From NCBI GenBank assembly GCA_965231125.1, contig OZ246414.1, forward strand, positions 643,924-707,923: a stretch of DNA of 64,000 nt. The letters are read 5' to 3'. How positions within the stretch are numbered: the stretch's first letter is position 1; each line of letters starts with the position of its first letter. Source of the DNA: an uncultured Gammaproteobacteria bacterium (GTDB lineage Bacteria; Patescibacteriota; Microgenomatia; Woykebacterales; RBG-16-39-9b). A model generated the notes under the pieces. The model did not search any database. It saw only the letters and a list, made by a program, of their open reading frames with translations, and was not told the DNA's origin. Positions 50,964-60,214 of this stretch are shown here, one piece after another. The translations under genes and the position numbers were made by a program.

Positions 50964-52994
50964 TTGACTACAATAATGATAAACAAAAAACTTAGTAAGA
51001 ATTTATTAGCAGTAGTTTCAGCTTTATTAATCACTCTTGGCCCCTCGTCAATGACCGCCAGCGTAGTTTACGCTGCTCCTGCATTGCCTTCTGCACCAAG
51101 CACACCAACCAGCCCAGAGCTACCAACAGTGGAGACGGCAACACCAGACCAACCGTCTTTACCATCTTCCACAGACAGTAGCAGTTCTGGAACACAGTCC
51201 ACCCCAGACAATACCCAAACAATCGACCCTTCGGTAGACGCGGGGGATCAAACTGGAGAAGTGGGTACACCCCAAAATACATCGCTGCAAAGTGTAGATC
51301 CGTCAAGCGAGTCAACCAGTTTGGATAGCCTAGCTGGAAATGATACCACCGGCGCCGGTTCAGATAACAGCGCTAGCTCTAACACCAACTCTTCTTCAGA
51401 TCTAACCATCAACAATAACTTCTCGGGGGATAGCACTGTCTACGCCAACGCAAACACAGGGGACAATACATCTGATAAAAACACTGGGGACGGTCAAATT
51501 ATATCTGGAGACTCCGACTTAGTACTAACCGCTCTTAATGTTGATAACAATGTGAATGTCGGCACTCAAGTATTCAATGTTTACGATGATCAAACTGGTG
51601 ATTTGTTAGTTAACTATAATAATGTAAAGCCAATTTCCAACTCACCAAGCTGTGGTAACAATACTTCCTCAAACCAAACAACCGGTAGTTATTCAAGCAA
51701 CGACGCTTCAACCACCTGTACAGATCAAAACACTCTCTTAATAGATAATAATGGAAACTTGGTAAATAACTACTACTTAAGCGCAAACACAGGGGACAAT
51801 TCCGCCAGTAAAAATACTGGTAACGGCTCCGTAACAACAGGTGACGCAAATGTCGCTCTTAACGTGATTAACTTCTTAAACAATACTTTCTTAGGTGGAG
51901 CAGGGCAGTTGCTTTTGGGAGTGGTAAATGTTTTTGGAAAACTTTCAGGTAATATTGTTTTAAATATGCCTAGTGGTGGAAGCACCGCCAGTCTTGGATC
52001 TAACTCGTCCACTGCAGCTAACAACAAAACTGGTTCCGGTTCAGATAATAGCGCTTCCACTACGACTAGCAACACTAGCGATCTTTCCTTAAATAATAAT
52101 CTGAACTTAGCGAATAACATTAAACTTTTTGGTGACACGGGCGGCAACGATTCTGGAGAAAACACTGGTTCCGGGTCAACTTCTACTGGAGATGTCAATT
52201 CTAATTTGAAGGTTACAAATATCGGTAATACCAATGGCATTGGGGATGGAGGCACTTTGTGGTTAGTCCTGGTAAATAACTTAGGAAAATGGACCGGTCA
52301 GGTGTGGGGTTTTGATAGCACTGGTACAGCTTCACCTTTCTTCACTTTTTCAATTGGTACTGATGGGTCTCTTAATGCCGGGACGGGTGCTGGATCAAAA
52401 AACAGCTCTTCCAACACAACAACAAATTCTACAAGCGCCACCCTAAACAATAACGCAAATGTGAAGAACAATATATATATAAACGCCAACACTGGTGGCA
52501 ATAGCGCCGAGGAAAACACTGGCAATGGGACAATAAAAACAGGGGATGTAAACGTTGCCGCTAATATCTTGAACATGATTAATAACAACTTCATTGGAAC
52601 GCGTTTTGTTGTTACCATCGTCAATGTGTTTGGTAGTTTCCTAGGCAACGTTTTCCCAGGCGGCAGCGCCCAAGAGCAAAAAGCGATTAAGATCGGTGCG
52701 GGGACTTCGGTCGCCATCGAAGCCGGCGGTGTTGTTCGAACCACCACCAGCGTTCCACCAACAACTGGCTTTGTTTCACCTAGTCAAGAGGTCAAATCAG
52801 AATCCAAGGCAGGCAGTGGAGCCCTCGTTTCTGACTTGACTAGTCTCGCCACAAATAGTAGTGTAAACTCAATAACAAAAGTTGTCGGTAAAGACTCACC
52901 ATCACTAAAAGATTACTGGTGGGTAATTGTACCTTTATTAATATCTGCCGCATCAATAACTGCCAGAAAGAGGTTTGTATGGAAAAGTCGCTAA
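50964..52994 (+). CDS. large secreted repeat protein (paralogue 2), C-terminal TM anchor
   Basis: Signal peptide, Pro/Ser/Thr-rich linker, at least four diverged copies of the N-x-N-T-G-D/G-N-S-x-D/E-K/E-N-T-G-D/N-G motif, and a C-terminal WWVIVPLLISAASITARKRF membrane anchor. Confidence 0.7.
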   Translation: MTTIMINKKLSKNLLAVVSALLITLGPSSMTASVVYAAPALPSAPSTPTSPELPTVETATPDQPSLPSSTDSSSSGTQSTPDNTQTIDPSVDAGDQTGEVGTPQNTSLQSVDPSSESTSLDSLAGNDTTGAGSDNSASSNTNSSSDLTINNNFSGDSTVYANANTGDNTSDKNTGDGQIISGDSDLVLTALNVDNNVNVGTQVFNVYDDQTGDLLVNYNNVKPISNSPSCGNNTSSNQTTGSYSSNDASTTCTDQNTLLIDNNGNLVNNYYLSANTGDNSASKNTGNGSVTTGDANVALNVINFLNNTFLGGAGQLLLGVVNVFGKLSGNIVLNMPSGGSTASLGSNSSTAANNKTGSGSDNSASTTTSNTSDLSLNNNLNLANNIKLFGDTGGNDSGENTGSGSTSTGDVNSNLKVTNIGNTNGIGDGGTLWLVLVNNLGKWTGQVWGFDSTGTASPFFTFSIGTDGSLNAGTGAGSKNSSSNTTTNSTSATLNNNANVKNNIYINANTGGNSAEENTGNGTIKTGDVNVAANILNMINNNFIGTRFVVTIVNVFGSFLGNVFPGGSAQEQKAIKIGAGTSVAIEAGGVVRTTTSVPPTTGFVSPSQEVKSESKAGSGALVSDLTSLATNSSVNSITKVVGKDSPSLKDYWWVIVPLLISAASITARKRFVWKSR

Positions 52995-53803
52995 AGGACC
53001 TGGCCATAAAATTTAGCATTGCTGCCGCCGCTTTTGGAGCATCATTAATAATCGCTCCAAACGCTTTTGCTGCCACTGCCGACAATTCTAACACTGGAGC
53101 TGACTCAACCAACACGTCGTCGGTAGATGTCAGTAATAGTGTAAACATAGTTTCGGAGAACAACGCGTACATTAGTAATAATATTAGTATTAACGCAAAC
53201 ACTGGAGGCAACAGTGCTGATAAGAACACTGGGGACGGCAGCGTTACAACTGGCGATATAAATGGTAGTGTAACCATTATTAACGATGTAAATTCAAACA
53301 GTTTGAACACTTCGAAATTCCACTGCAGTGGTGTTTGCAAGTTCTCAGCAAATGTAAATGCTTCAAACAGCCACACTGGGGCAGACTCTGAAAATAACGC
53401 TTCAGTAAGTGTGGATAACGACGTGACGATTACTCAAACCAACGAGCAGGCTATTTCCAACTCTGTCGGTGCGGACCTTAACACTGGAGAAAATTCCGCT
53501 GACAAGAACACCGGTGACGGCAGCGTAAGAACAGGCGATATAAAATTCACGGTGAAAGTAAAAAACAGCGGAAACACAAATGTTATTGGTGGCCCCCAAA
53601 ACCCACCCGTAACACCCTCAACACCGACCCCTTCAAAACCGGTGAAGAAACCGGAAGAAGGCCAAGTTTTGGCGGCGTCTAGATTACCAAACACTGGCGG
53701 GAAACTACCGATTATGCCCAGTTTGGCTCTCATTCTAGCAGGGTTAATGTTGAAGAGTTTGGAAGAAAAATTAAGAGCTCGGTTTCTTCCCGAAAGACAT
53801 TAA
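52980..53803 (+). CDS. LPXTG cell-wall-anchored repeat protein (paralogue 3)
   Basis: Signal peptide MEKSLKDLAIKFSIAAAAFGASLIIAPNAFA, two copies of the NTGGNSADKNTGDGSVTTGD repeat, a Pro-rich stalk, then LPNTGG + hydrophobic segment + RARF tail (sortase sorting signal). Its start overlaps the previous gene's end. Confidence 0.75.
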
Positions 53804-53830
53804 TTAACTATTTTGACATTTGGCAGAAAG

Positions 53831-53860
53831 ACCCCCGAGCAATCGGGGGTCTTTTCGTTT
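53831..53860. terminator. bidirectional intrinsic terminator
   Basis: GACCCCCGAGCAATCGGGGGTC followed by TTTTCGTTT, between convergent genes. Confidence 0.6.
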
Positions 53861-54266
53861 AAACCCAGGCGGCGACAATAGCTCCCATTACTGCAATAGA
53901 AACCAGTTGGTTACCAGCATCAATTAGATAAAGCTTTAAGGGTTTACCGCTAAAAACATAGTTAACCCCCATGGTGGTGGCCACAAAACCAAGCCAGACC
54001 CAAAAGCCGGCGACAGCGCCTTCTTGATAAGTTTTGGCCCCGGCGTAATCGACTAAGTGAGAAAGAATATAAGCGGTGATTAAAGCCGCGATAAACGACA
54101 CGGCGTAACCGCGCATGGCGTCTGGGCCTTTAGCGTCTTCTGGCCTTTTTCCAGTTAATCCCATCCAGACTTTGCCAAAAAGTGGTCCGTACCAAATAAA
54201 TCCAACCACCATGCTGGCAACAGCTGCCACTAAAACCGCTAGATAATTAATAGTTACTGCAGGCAT
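53859..54266 (-). CDS. DUF1761-family membrane protein
   Basis: 4 TM; IWYGPLFGKVWMGLTGK... pattern as in DUF1761. Confidence 0.6.
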   Translation of the reverse strand: MPAVTINYLAVLVAAVASMVVGFIWYGPLFGKVWMGLTGKRPEDAKGPDAMRGYAVSFIAALITAYILSHLVDYAGAKTYQEGAVAGFWVWLGFVATTMGVNYVFSGKPLKLYLIDAGNQLVSIAVMGAIVAAWV

Positions 54267-54406
54267 CGTAAAGTTTCACCCCCTTCCAAATATCACGAAA
54301 ATTCTATTCTCCGATAGCTAAATAGTCAATACACCCAAAAATTGACCTAGTTTGATATAATAACACTGCTCAATCAATTACCGTGATGAATCGAAAGGAG
54401 AAAGGG

Positions 54407-54750
54407 TTGAACGGAGAAAATCTACTTCTCGCTAAGTGGGACGAAATAGCATCTGTCCTGAAAGCAGAAATCGATCCACATACCCGGGATATTAAGGTGC
54501 AGGAGGGAGACCTCGTTCTATAGATTTTCAGAGCAGGTGCGGCAAACAACAACTTATCCTTCTTACACATAAAGGAAGGCAGCCGGCCAGTTGGACCAAT
54601 GATCGAATACGGCCCTGTCCTAGATGTTGGATTTGAAAGAGACCATGAGGAAGACCCTGACGGGAACGTAGTAATCATCGAATTAGGACAGGAATTGATC
54701 TGGGATGTAGAGATCTACCGCGATACAAAAGTTACACTCAGCTCGCCCTA
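54407..54750 (+). pseudogene. ~115-codon ORF interrupted by a single in-frame TAG (apparent nonsense mutation)
   Basis: AAAGGAGAAAGGG RBS then TTG. Reads ...NGENLLLAKWDEIASVLKAEIDPHTRDIKVQEGDLVL*IFRAGAANNNLSFLHIKEGSRPVGPMIEYGPVLDVGFERDHEEDPDGNVVIIELGQELIWDVEIYRDTKVTLSSP. Both halves are in one frame in my reading. Confidence 0.3.
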
Positions 54751-55300
54751 GTAAAGATTGCTGCTGGCAGACCTTGGGTAAACCAAGTTTAGGCCAGCTT
54801 TTTTCTTTTTCAAGATTTTTATAACTTGAATCTAAAAACACCAATATTGATTGGTATCTCAACCTATTTTTGACACTTTACCTACAAAGTCCAGGGGCTA
54901 GGAGGCTAGCGATTTTCAACATTAATTGCCACTTTTGCCTTATCTAACAGTCTTTTTGGTAATTTTACGGAAGTAACTCCAGAAAAAATTTTTCCAATAA
55001 AGTGGAAAAAGAGAATAGCCCCAAACTAACTAAGGGAAAATAAAGTCTGCTTCAGGCAGGGGAAATAAAATTTTATAAATATATCCCGGTGGGGAGCCTA
55101 GTAACATGTCGCATAAGATACATTGTGCGACGTAGTATTAAATTGAGTCTGGATCAGTAAGAACGAGAGAAGTGGCGTTAGGGAAAAGGAAAAAATTTGT
55201 CTTGTAGTTTATTTAAAACACTTTACACTTCTATAAGTAGTCGTCTTTTATTCAAAGTCGGCACCTGGGCTATTACAGGACGTCGTTTTTAGCTTTCTTA

Positions 55301-55360
55301 AGCGCAGAGCGCGAAGCGATCTTCAGTCCGAAGGGCGCAGATCGCAAAGCGATCTATTTT
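55301..55360. repeat. two ~21-nt direct repeats, each a stem-loop, in a gene-poor AT-rich region
   Basis: GCGCAGAGCGCGAAGCGATCT and GCGCAGATCGCAAAGCGATCT. The second (AGATCGCAAAGCGATCT) is a perfect 7-bp hairpin followed by ATTTTG. Confidence 0.4.
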
Positions 55361-55693
55361 GCTTGTTACTACGATCAATATTTTAACTTTTACCCTTGAA
55401 ATATTTATAATTTGCTACCCATATAGACGTAAGAGGAAGTAGCACTCTACCAAGAGGTGCGTCAGCACCGAAAGTCTTTCGGGTTTTTTTGGATCGGGCG
55501 ATTAATTTAGTAATCTGTACTACACCCTATAGTTCAAACTTTCCACACATGAAAACTAACTATATCACACTACATCACTATCCAGCTCAGCAATAATTGC
55601 AATCCTCCAAAAAGGGGACTCGCCCGCCCCACTCCTCTACTCTAACTCGCCTGCCCGCTTTTTTTACTTTTGACTTTTGAATTTTTTAATTTG

Positions 55694-56470
55694 CTAACCT
55701 CTCCAACTAGTAGTTATAATTAAAAACAGGAAGACTGCCCCAGACACAAAAAGATACTCTAGCAATGTATTTCTTTTCAAATCATTCTTCATATCGTGCT
55801 GAAGAATGCCCAGCAGCACGTAAACTGCGGCAGTTAAAGCAAGACCCACCTTGGCTGGGTTTAGAGGCCAGAATGTAAATGCAAGAGCAATTTGCCCAAG
55901 AATAAATCCACAAACAACGGAACCAACAGTTATATGCGGGCTTGGTGTTTCTTCTAGCTCAATTTTCCAGAGAGCTTGGGTGAAAAGTAAAATACCCACT
56001 AACATTACGGTAGCTGCAAAAGCCCAGAAAGGAAGCCCCAAACCAGAAAGCAAGGAAAACATCGCAAAGGAAACAAATAACGTCCCCAAGTATGAAACCG
56101 TGTTAGCTGCCCGTATAAGCGGGATATTTCTTTCCGCCGAAACGTTGAATATATTTTCCGAAAGAAGAAGAATATACACTAATACACCGAAGATGATACT
56201 TAAAATTAAACGCACGGAATTTGACGGGTTAAATTGAAATATGAAAATGGCGAAACTGGCTGTTAAAAAGGTTGGTAAAATAAAAAGAGTTAAAAATTCA
56301 AAACCGGAAACGTCTTTGAAAATTGACCAGGCAGATAAAACATAGCTGGCTACTATGGCCCCCGACATAAGCCACAAGCGCATACTTTGATCCGCAAATG
56401 GAAAAAAATAGAGAGCGATGGACAGCAAAAAACTGGTGGTTACTATTTTTTGCCGTTTTGTTAAGAACAT
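55694..56470 (-). CDS. hypothetical polytopic membrane protein (~8 TM)
   Basis: Hydrophobic throughout. No family recognised. Confidence 0.5.
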   Translation of the reverse strand: MFLTKRQKIVTTSFLLSIALYFFPFADQSMRLWLMSGAIVASYVLSAWSIFKDVSGFEFLTLFILPTFLTASFAIFIFQFNPSNSVRLILSIIFGVLVYILLLSENIFNVSAERNIPLIRAANTVSYLGTLFVSFAMFSLLSGLGLPFWAFAATVMLVGILLFTQALWKIELEETPSPHITVGSVVCGFILGQIALAFTFWPLNPAKVGLALTAAVYVLLGILQHDMKNDLKRNTLLEYLFVSGAVFLFLIITTSWRG

Positions 56471-56481
56471 GGAAAGATATT

Positions 56482-57048
56482 TTAGCTCAAAAGCTTCTGC
56501 TTTGACAAGTGGCAGATAGCAACTGCGACGGCGTCATAAGCATCGTCGCGAAAGCGATTTACCTCTTTTCCTGATTGATCGGTCGGTTTACGAAGATTTG
56601 TAACCCCCAACAATCTTTTAACAGCATTCTGAACAGTCTTCTTATCACTTCTTCCGTGATTTGCTACTTCTAGCTTAACTTCTAAACCCGTATATTCGTA
56701 AAAATCCACCTTCGCTTCCGCCGCCGCTAACATTACTACCCCTCTCGCCTGCCCCACCGCCATTGCCGTTCTGGCATTTATGCCGAAGAAAAGTCTTTCC
56801 GCAATTAAAGCTTCTGGTTGGTATTTACGCAAAACTTTTGCTAGCTCTTTTCTAAGCCGCAGAAGTCTATTAGGCATTTCCTCTTCTGGTTCGGTTAAAA
56901 TACAACCAAACTCAACTAACTTTAGCCCATTAATTTTTTTCTTGCCGTTTAACTTAAGAGTTTTTAATTTTCCCTTTTGACTTTGGTGCTCCACTACTCC
57001 CCATCCGGTCGTAGCCGTACCTGGATCAATACCAATAATTCTTGACAT
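56482..57048 (-). CDS. ruvC: crossover junction endodeoxyribonuclease RuvC
   Basis: MSRIIGIDPGTATTGWGVV (RNase H-like catalytic Asp), ...EYTGLEVKLEVANHGRSDKKTVQ. Confidence 0.85.
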   Translation of the reverse strand: MSRIIGIDPGTATTGWGVVEHQSQKGKLKTLKLNGKKKINGLKLVEFGCILTEPEEEMPNRLLRLRKELAKVLRKYQPEALIAERLFFGINARTAMAVGQARGVVMLAAAEAKVDFYEYTGLEVKLEVANHGRSDKKTVQNAVKRLLGVTNLRKPTDQSGKEVNRFRDDAYDAVAVAICHLSKQKLLS

Positions 57049-57111
57049 ACTTTTTAGTCTCCTTTTAGATATCTAAGTCAAAATTACGTCGAGCAAGGTT
57101 CGCCATAATTA

Positions 57112-57864
57112 TCATGTCGTCTCCTTTTGCAGTATTTCGTCGGAAATGTCATAGTTTGAGTAAACTTTCTGGACATCTTGCAGCTGATCCAATTTATTTA
57201 CCAGACTTAAAACTTTTTCCGCTTTTTCTGAATCTTCAACTTTTACTAGATCTTTAGGTTTCATTGAAAGTTCGGATCCAGAGACGGCAAAACCGGCATC
57301 CTCTAATCCTTTTTTAACTTTTTCAAGGTCTCCTGGTCGGCAATAAATGGCGGCTACCGGCTCCTCCACCTCAACATCATCGGCACCGGCATCTGCCGCG
57401 GCCAAAAGTAGTTCGTCCGCATTGGTAACTTTCTCAACATCAATTTCTCCGGTTGGGGTAAAAAGATACGAAACACTCCCCAACCCTCCAAGCGAACCTC
57501 CACCTTTCTCAAAAGTGCTTCTTACTTCTTGAGCGGTTCGTAATTTGTTGTCGGTTAAGGCTTCTACAATTATCGAAACTCCGGCTGGCCCAAAGCCTTC
57601 GTAAACCGCTTCTTCGATTGCCACTTGATTACCACCCTTCCCTACTCCCTTATCTATCGCCCGCTGGATATTTTCTTTGGGCATATTGATACGCTTTGCG
57701 CTCTCCACAGCGAGACGGAGTTTGAAATTTGTCTCTGGGCTCTCACCGCTCTCACGGGCCGCGATTGTGATGGCGGCGGCCGCTTTAGCAAACGCCTGCC
57801 CCCGCTTCGCATCTGCGACCCCCTTTTGCCTTTTTATAGTCGACCACTTACTGTGCCCAGACAT
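57112..57864 (-). CDS. yebC: YebC/PmpR-family transcriptional regulator
   Basis: MSGHSKWSTIKRQKGVADAKRGQAFAK is the YebC N-terminal signature. 250 aa. Upstream of ruvC, as commonly seen. Confidence 0.9.
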   Translation of the reverse strand: MSGHSKWSTIKRQKGVADAKRGQAFAKAAAAITIAARESGESPETNFKLRLAVESAKRINMPKENIQRAIDKGVGKGGNQVAIEEAVYEGFGPAGVSIIVEALTDNKLRTAQEVRSTFEKGGGSLGGLGSVSYLFTPTGEIDVEKVTNADELLLAAADAGADDVEVEEPVAAIYCRPGDLEKVKKGLEDAGFAVSGSELSMKPKDLVKVEDSEKAEKVLSLVNKLDQLQDVQKVYSNYDISDEILQKETT

Positions 57865-57963
57865 TTACAACCACCTCTTTGAATATACCGACATACTAAG
57901 ATTTTACCATAAAAAGTCCTAGAAAAATTAAATTTGTCAATGTAGCCAAGTCTGCCAGTATTT

Positions 57964-58884
57964 TTGTCAAGACTTGACACTTCTTCTCCTCTAGCTTTAT
58001 TCTTATGTGAAACTATGTCTGACGCGCAGTTGGATCCGAAAACTCAAGAAGCAATTGATGCCGCCCTAACCCAAGATTGGGAAAAGGCAGTGGAGCTGAA
58101 CACTAGCCTCGTAAAAAATTATCCAGATGATGTTGACTGTCTAAACCGTCTTGCCCACGCTTATACGGAACTCGGTCAAATTAACAAATCCCGTGCCAGT
58201 TATAAACAAGTTTTAAAAATCGACCCTTACAACAATATATCTACTAAAAATCTGGCCAAACTTGCCAGTGTAAGAAAGAAGGATCTGAAGGTTGCCGTAC
58301 CGGCGGAAAACACCAGAACAGAAATTGTGAGCCCAGATGTCTTTCTCGAAGAAGCCGGTAAAACTAAGGTTCTGGCTCTAGTTGACATTGCCATGCCGAA
58401 AGTTCTGGCCGCAATTCGCATCGGCGGCCAATTAACTTTAGAACCACGCCACGACGATGTAGTCGTCCTGACTCAGGATGAAAAACGTTTGGGAAAAGTG
58501 GAAGCCTATTGGGCCAGTATCCTTGCTAAGTCTTTACGAGCCGGCAGCGAGTTTAGTGCGGTTGTAAAATCCGTGGGGATAAAAGGCAGTTCGGCTGATT
58601 CTTCGATTTCAATTTTTGTGAGAGAAACCGTCCGCTCGCCTAAAATAAAAGAAAATATTTTTCCGGTGTTGGCGAATAATTTCACCCCCTACGTGCGCGA
58701 AGAGACTTTAGGGTTTTTGGCGGATAATAATCATGCTGAAGAACCCGAAGAACATTTAGATTCTAGCCAAGATTCGGCTGCTAGTTCTGGCTTTAAGGAT
58801 ACCAACCCCGAGCAGCCCCAAACAAGTTCTTTAGAGACTCTTGCCGAGCAAGAATCCGCCGACCCCGGCTACGAAGACGAGTAA
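57964..58884 (+). CDS. TPR-repeat protein with acidic C-terminal tail
   Basis: N-terminal TPR-like helices (DVDCLNRLAHAYTELGQINKSRASYKQVLKIDPYN) and an acidic unstructured tail. Confidence 0.55.
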   Translation: MSRLDTSSPLALFLCETMSDAQLDPKTQEAIDAALTQDWEKAVELNTSLVKNYPDDVDCLNRLAHAYTELGQINKSRASYKQVLKIDPYNNISTKNLAKLASVRKKDLKVAVPAENTRTEIVSPDVFLEEAGKTKVLALVDIAMPKVLAAIRIGGQLTLEPRHDDVVVLTQDEKRLGKVEAYWASILAKSLRAGSEFSAVVKSVGIKGSSADSSISIFVRETVRSPKIKENIFPVLANNFTPYVREETLGFLADNNHAEEPEEHLDSSQDSAASSGFKDTNPEQPQTSSLETLAEQESADPGYEDE

Positions 58885-58892
58885 CTCGTAAG

Positions 58893-59144
58893 TTATTTTT
58901 TGTAGACGCTTTGGCGGTGGATAATTGATACGATATAAATTTTCTTTTTGTCTACGGTAAATGTAATCCTGTAAGGCCAAGCCCTAACCGCGAATAAACC
59001 TTCAAACTCACCACGAAGTTTTTTGGAAAAAACGAATGGGTCGGTTTTTAGTCTTTCAAAAATACGATTGATTTTACTTTTATCTGAGAAAGATAGTTTT
59101 TCGTACTGGCGAGAGGCTTGCTTGGTTAAGAAAAGTCTGAACAT
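58893..59144 (-). CDS. relE: RelE/ParE-family type II toxin
   Basis: 83 aa; ...GEFEGLFAVRAWPYRITFTVDKKKIYIVSIIHRQSVYKK is the RelE/ParE fold signature. Directly follows the antitoxin gene. Confidence 0.75.
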   Translation of the reverse strand: MFRLFLTKQASRQYEKLSFSDKSKINRIFERLKTDPFVFSKKLRGEFEGLFAVRAWPYRITFTVDKKKIYIVSIIHRQSVYKK

Positions 59145-59405
59145 TTATTCTTTGGCGCTTTTCCATTCCACTACCTCACCCTTTTTTAAATCCAAAAGTC
59201 CTTTTCGAATAGACTTTACTTCTTCATTATTCTCTAAAATATTCAAAGTCTCTTCCCAACCCTCTAATTCATCGATGCTAATTAGAGCCACTTTAGACTT
59301 GCCCTTTTTAGTAATTATCACTCGCCTATTGGTTTCTTCAACTTCATCAATAAGCTGTGTAAGTTTTGCCCTCGCTTCAGTAGCGGGAATAGTATTAGTA
59401 GACAT
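59145..59405 (-). CDS. yefM: Phd/YefM-family antitoxin
   Basis: MSTNTIPATEARAKLTQLIDEVEETNRRVIITKKGKSKVALISIDELEGWEETLNIL is a typical Phd/YefM sequence. The ORF is open to 59441. Confidence 0.7.
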   Translation of the reverse strand: MSTNTIPATEARAKLTQLIDEVEETNRRVIITKKGKSKVALISIDELEGWEETLNILENNEEVKSIRKGLLDLKKGEVVEWKSAKE

Positions 59406-59524
59406 ACACCAAACTTTACAGAAAAATGTAAAAAATGTCAATATCCTAAGCTCATCCTAATCTAAGTTGAAGGATTAGTTAAAGAATTTGCTTGCAGTGC
59501 TTGCTTTGGGTTTAGCGAAGAGAA

Positions 59525-60187
59525 CTAGTTGAACTTGAAGGTCGAAAGCATTAAATTAAGTATGTGAAGTATGGTAGTTTTATCAGAGGGATTTCCTCCC
59601 CAAGTTGGGACAAAAAAGTAAACATTATCACCTTTCTTAAGCACTACAGCTATTTCTTCTGAAATGTTACCTTCAGCAACCGAGGTTGCTCTTAGTGCCT
59701 CGACACCATCTATTTTAATTGTGGACTTGGATTGAAAAATAGTCCCTGATGGCATGTAAACGTTTTTCAATTCCTCATCTAAAGTACCACCAGAGGCTTT
59801 TCTTACATTTATTGATATATCTTTATATATTACGCGACCACGAGTGAAATAAAGATTATTATCTGAAGATACAAATGTAACCCCACCTTTAGCTGTCCCA
59901 CTACTATTCTTGGGATATTCTTTGACACCAAAATATTTGGGATATTTTACAGAAAATCCAAGCTTAGAGTTTGTAAATGTTTTCCAATCTGCAGTTTCGT
60001 CTTTAGGTGTGGTATTAGTTGTTGCAGTCGGTTCGGCAGTTGATGTTTGGCTTTGGACATACCAGTAAATACCGCCCCCAATAATTGTAACTGCAACTAG
60101 AATAGTGATAACAACACCAATTATCTTTTTCCAATTAATCCCGGAGGTAGTTGCGGGTGCGTTTGATTGCGGTGCGTCTTCAGGCAT
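59525..60187 (-). CDS. membrane-anchored hypothetical protein (signal anchor + extracytoplasmic domain)
   Basis: TM (IIGVVITILVAVTIIGGGIYWYV) then a Thr-rich linker and a ~150-aa domain. Confidence 0.45.
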   Translation of the reverse strand: MPEDAPQSNAPATTSGINWKKIIGVVITILVAVTIIGGGIYWYVQSQTSTAEPTATTNTTPKDETADWKTFTNSKLGFSVKYPKYFGVKEYPKNSSGTAKGGVTFVSSDNNLYFTRGRVIYKDISINVRKASGGTLDEELKNVYMPSGTIFQSKSTIKIDGVEALRATSVAEGNISEEIAVVLKKGDNVYFFVPTWGGNPSDKTTILHILNLMLSTFKFN

Positions 60188-60214
60188 AAGTTAATTATAC
60201 GCTAACCCATTTTT

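Noticed and set aside
50168-53733. Long minus-strand ORFs (160-178 aa etc.) within the repeat-protein genes
   Set aside because: They are antisense to the low-complexity Asn/Asp/Gly repeat genes, and repeats suppress stop codons in all frames. The plus-strand genes have signal peptides and sorting signals.
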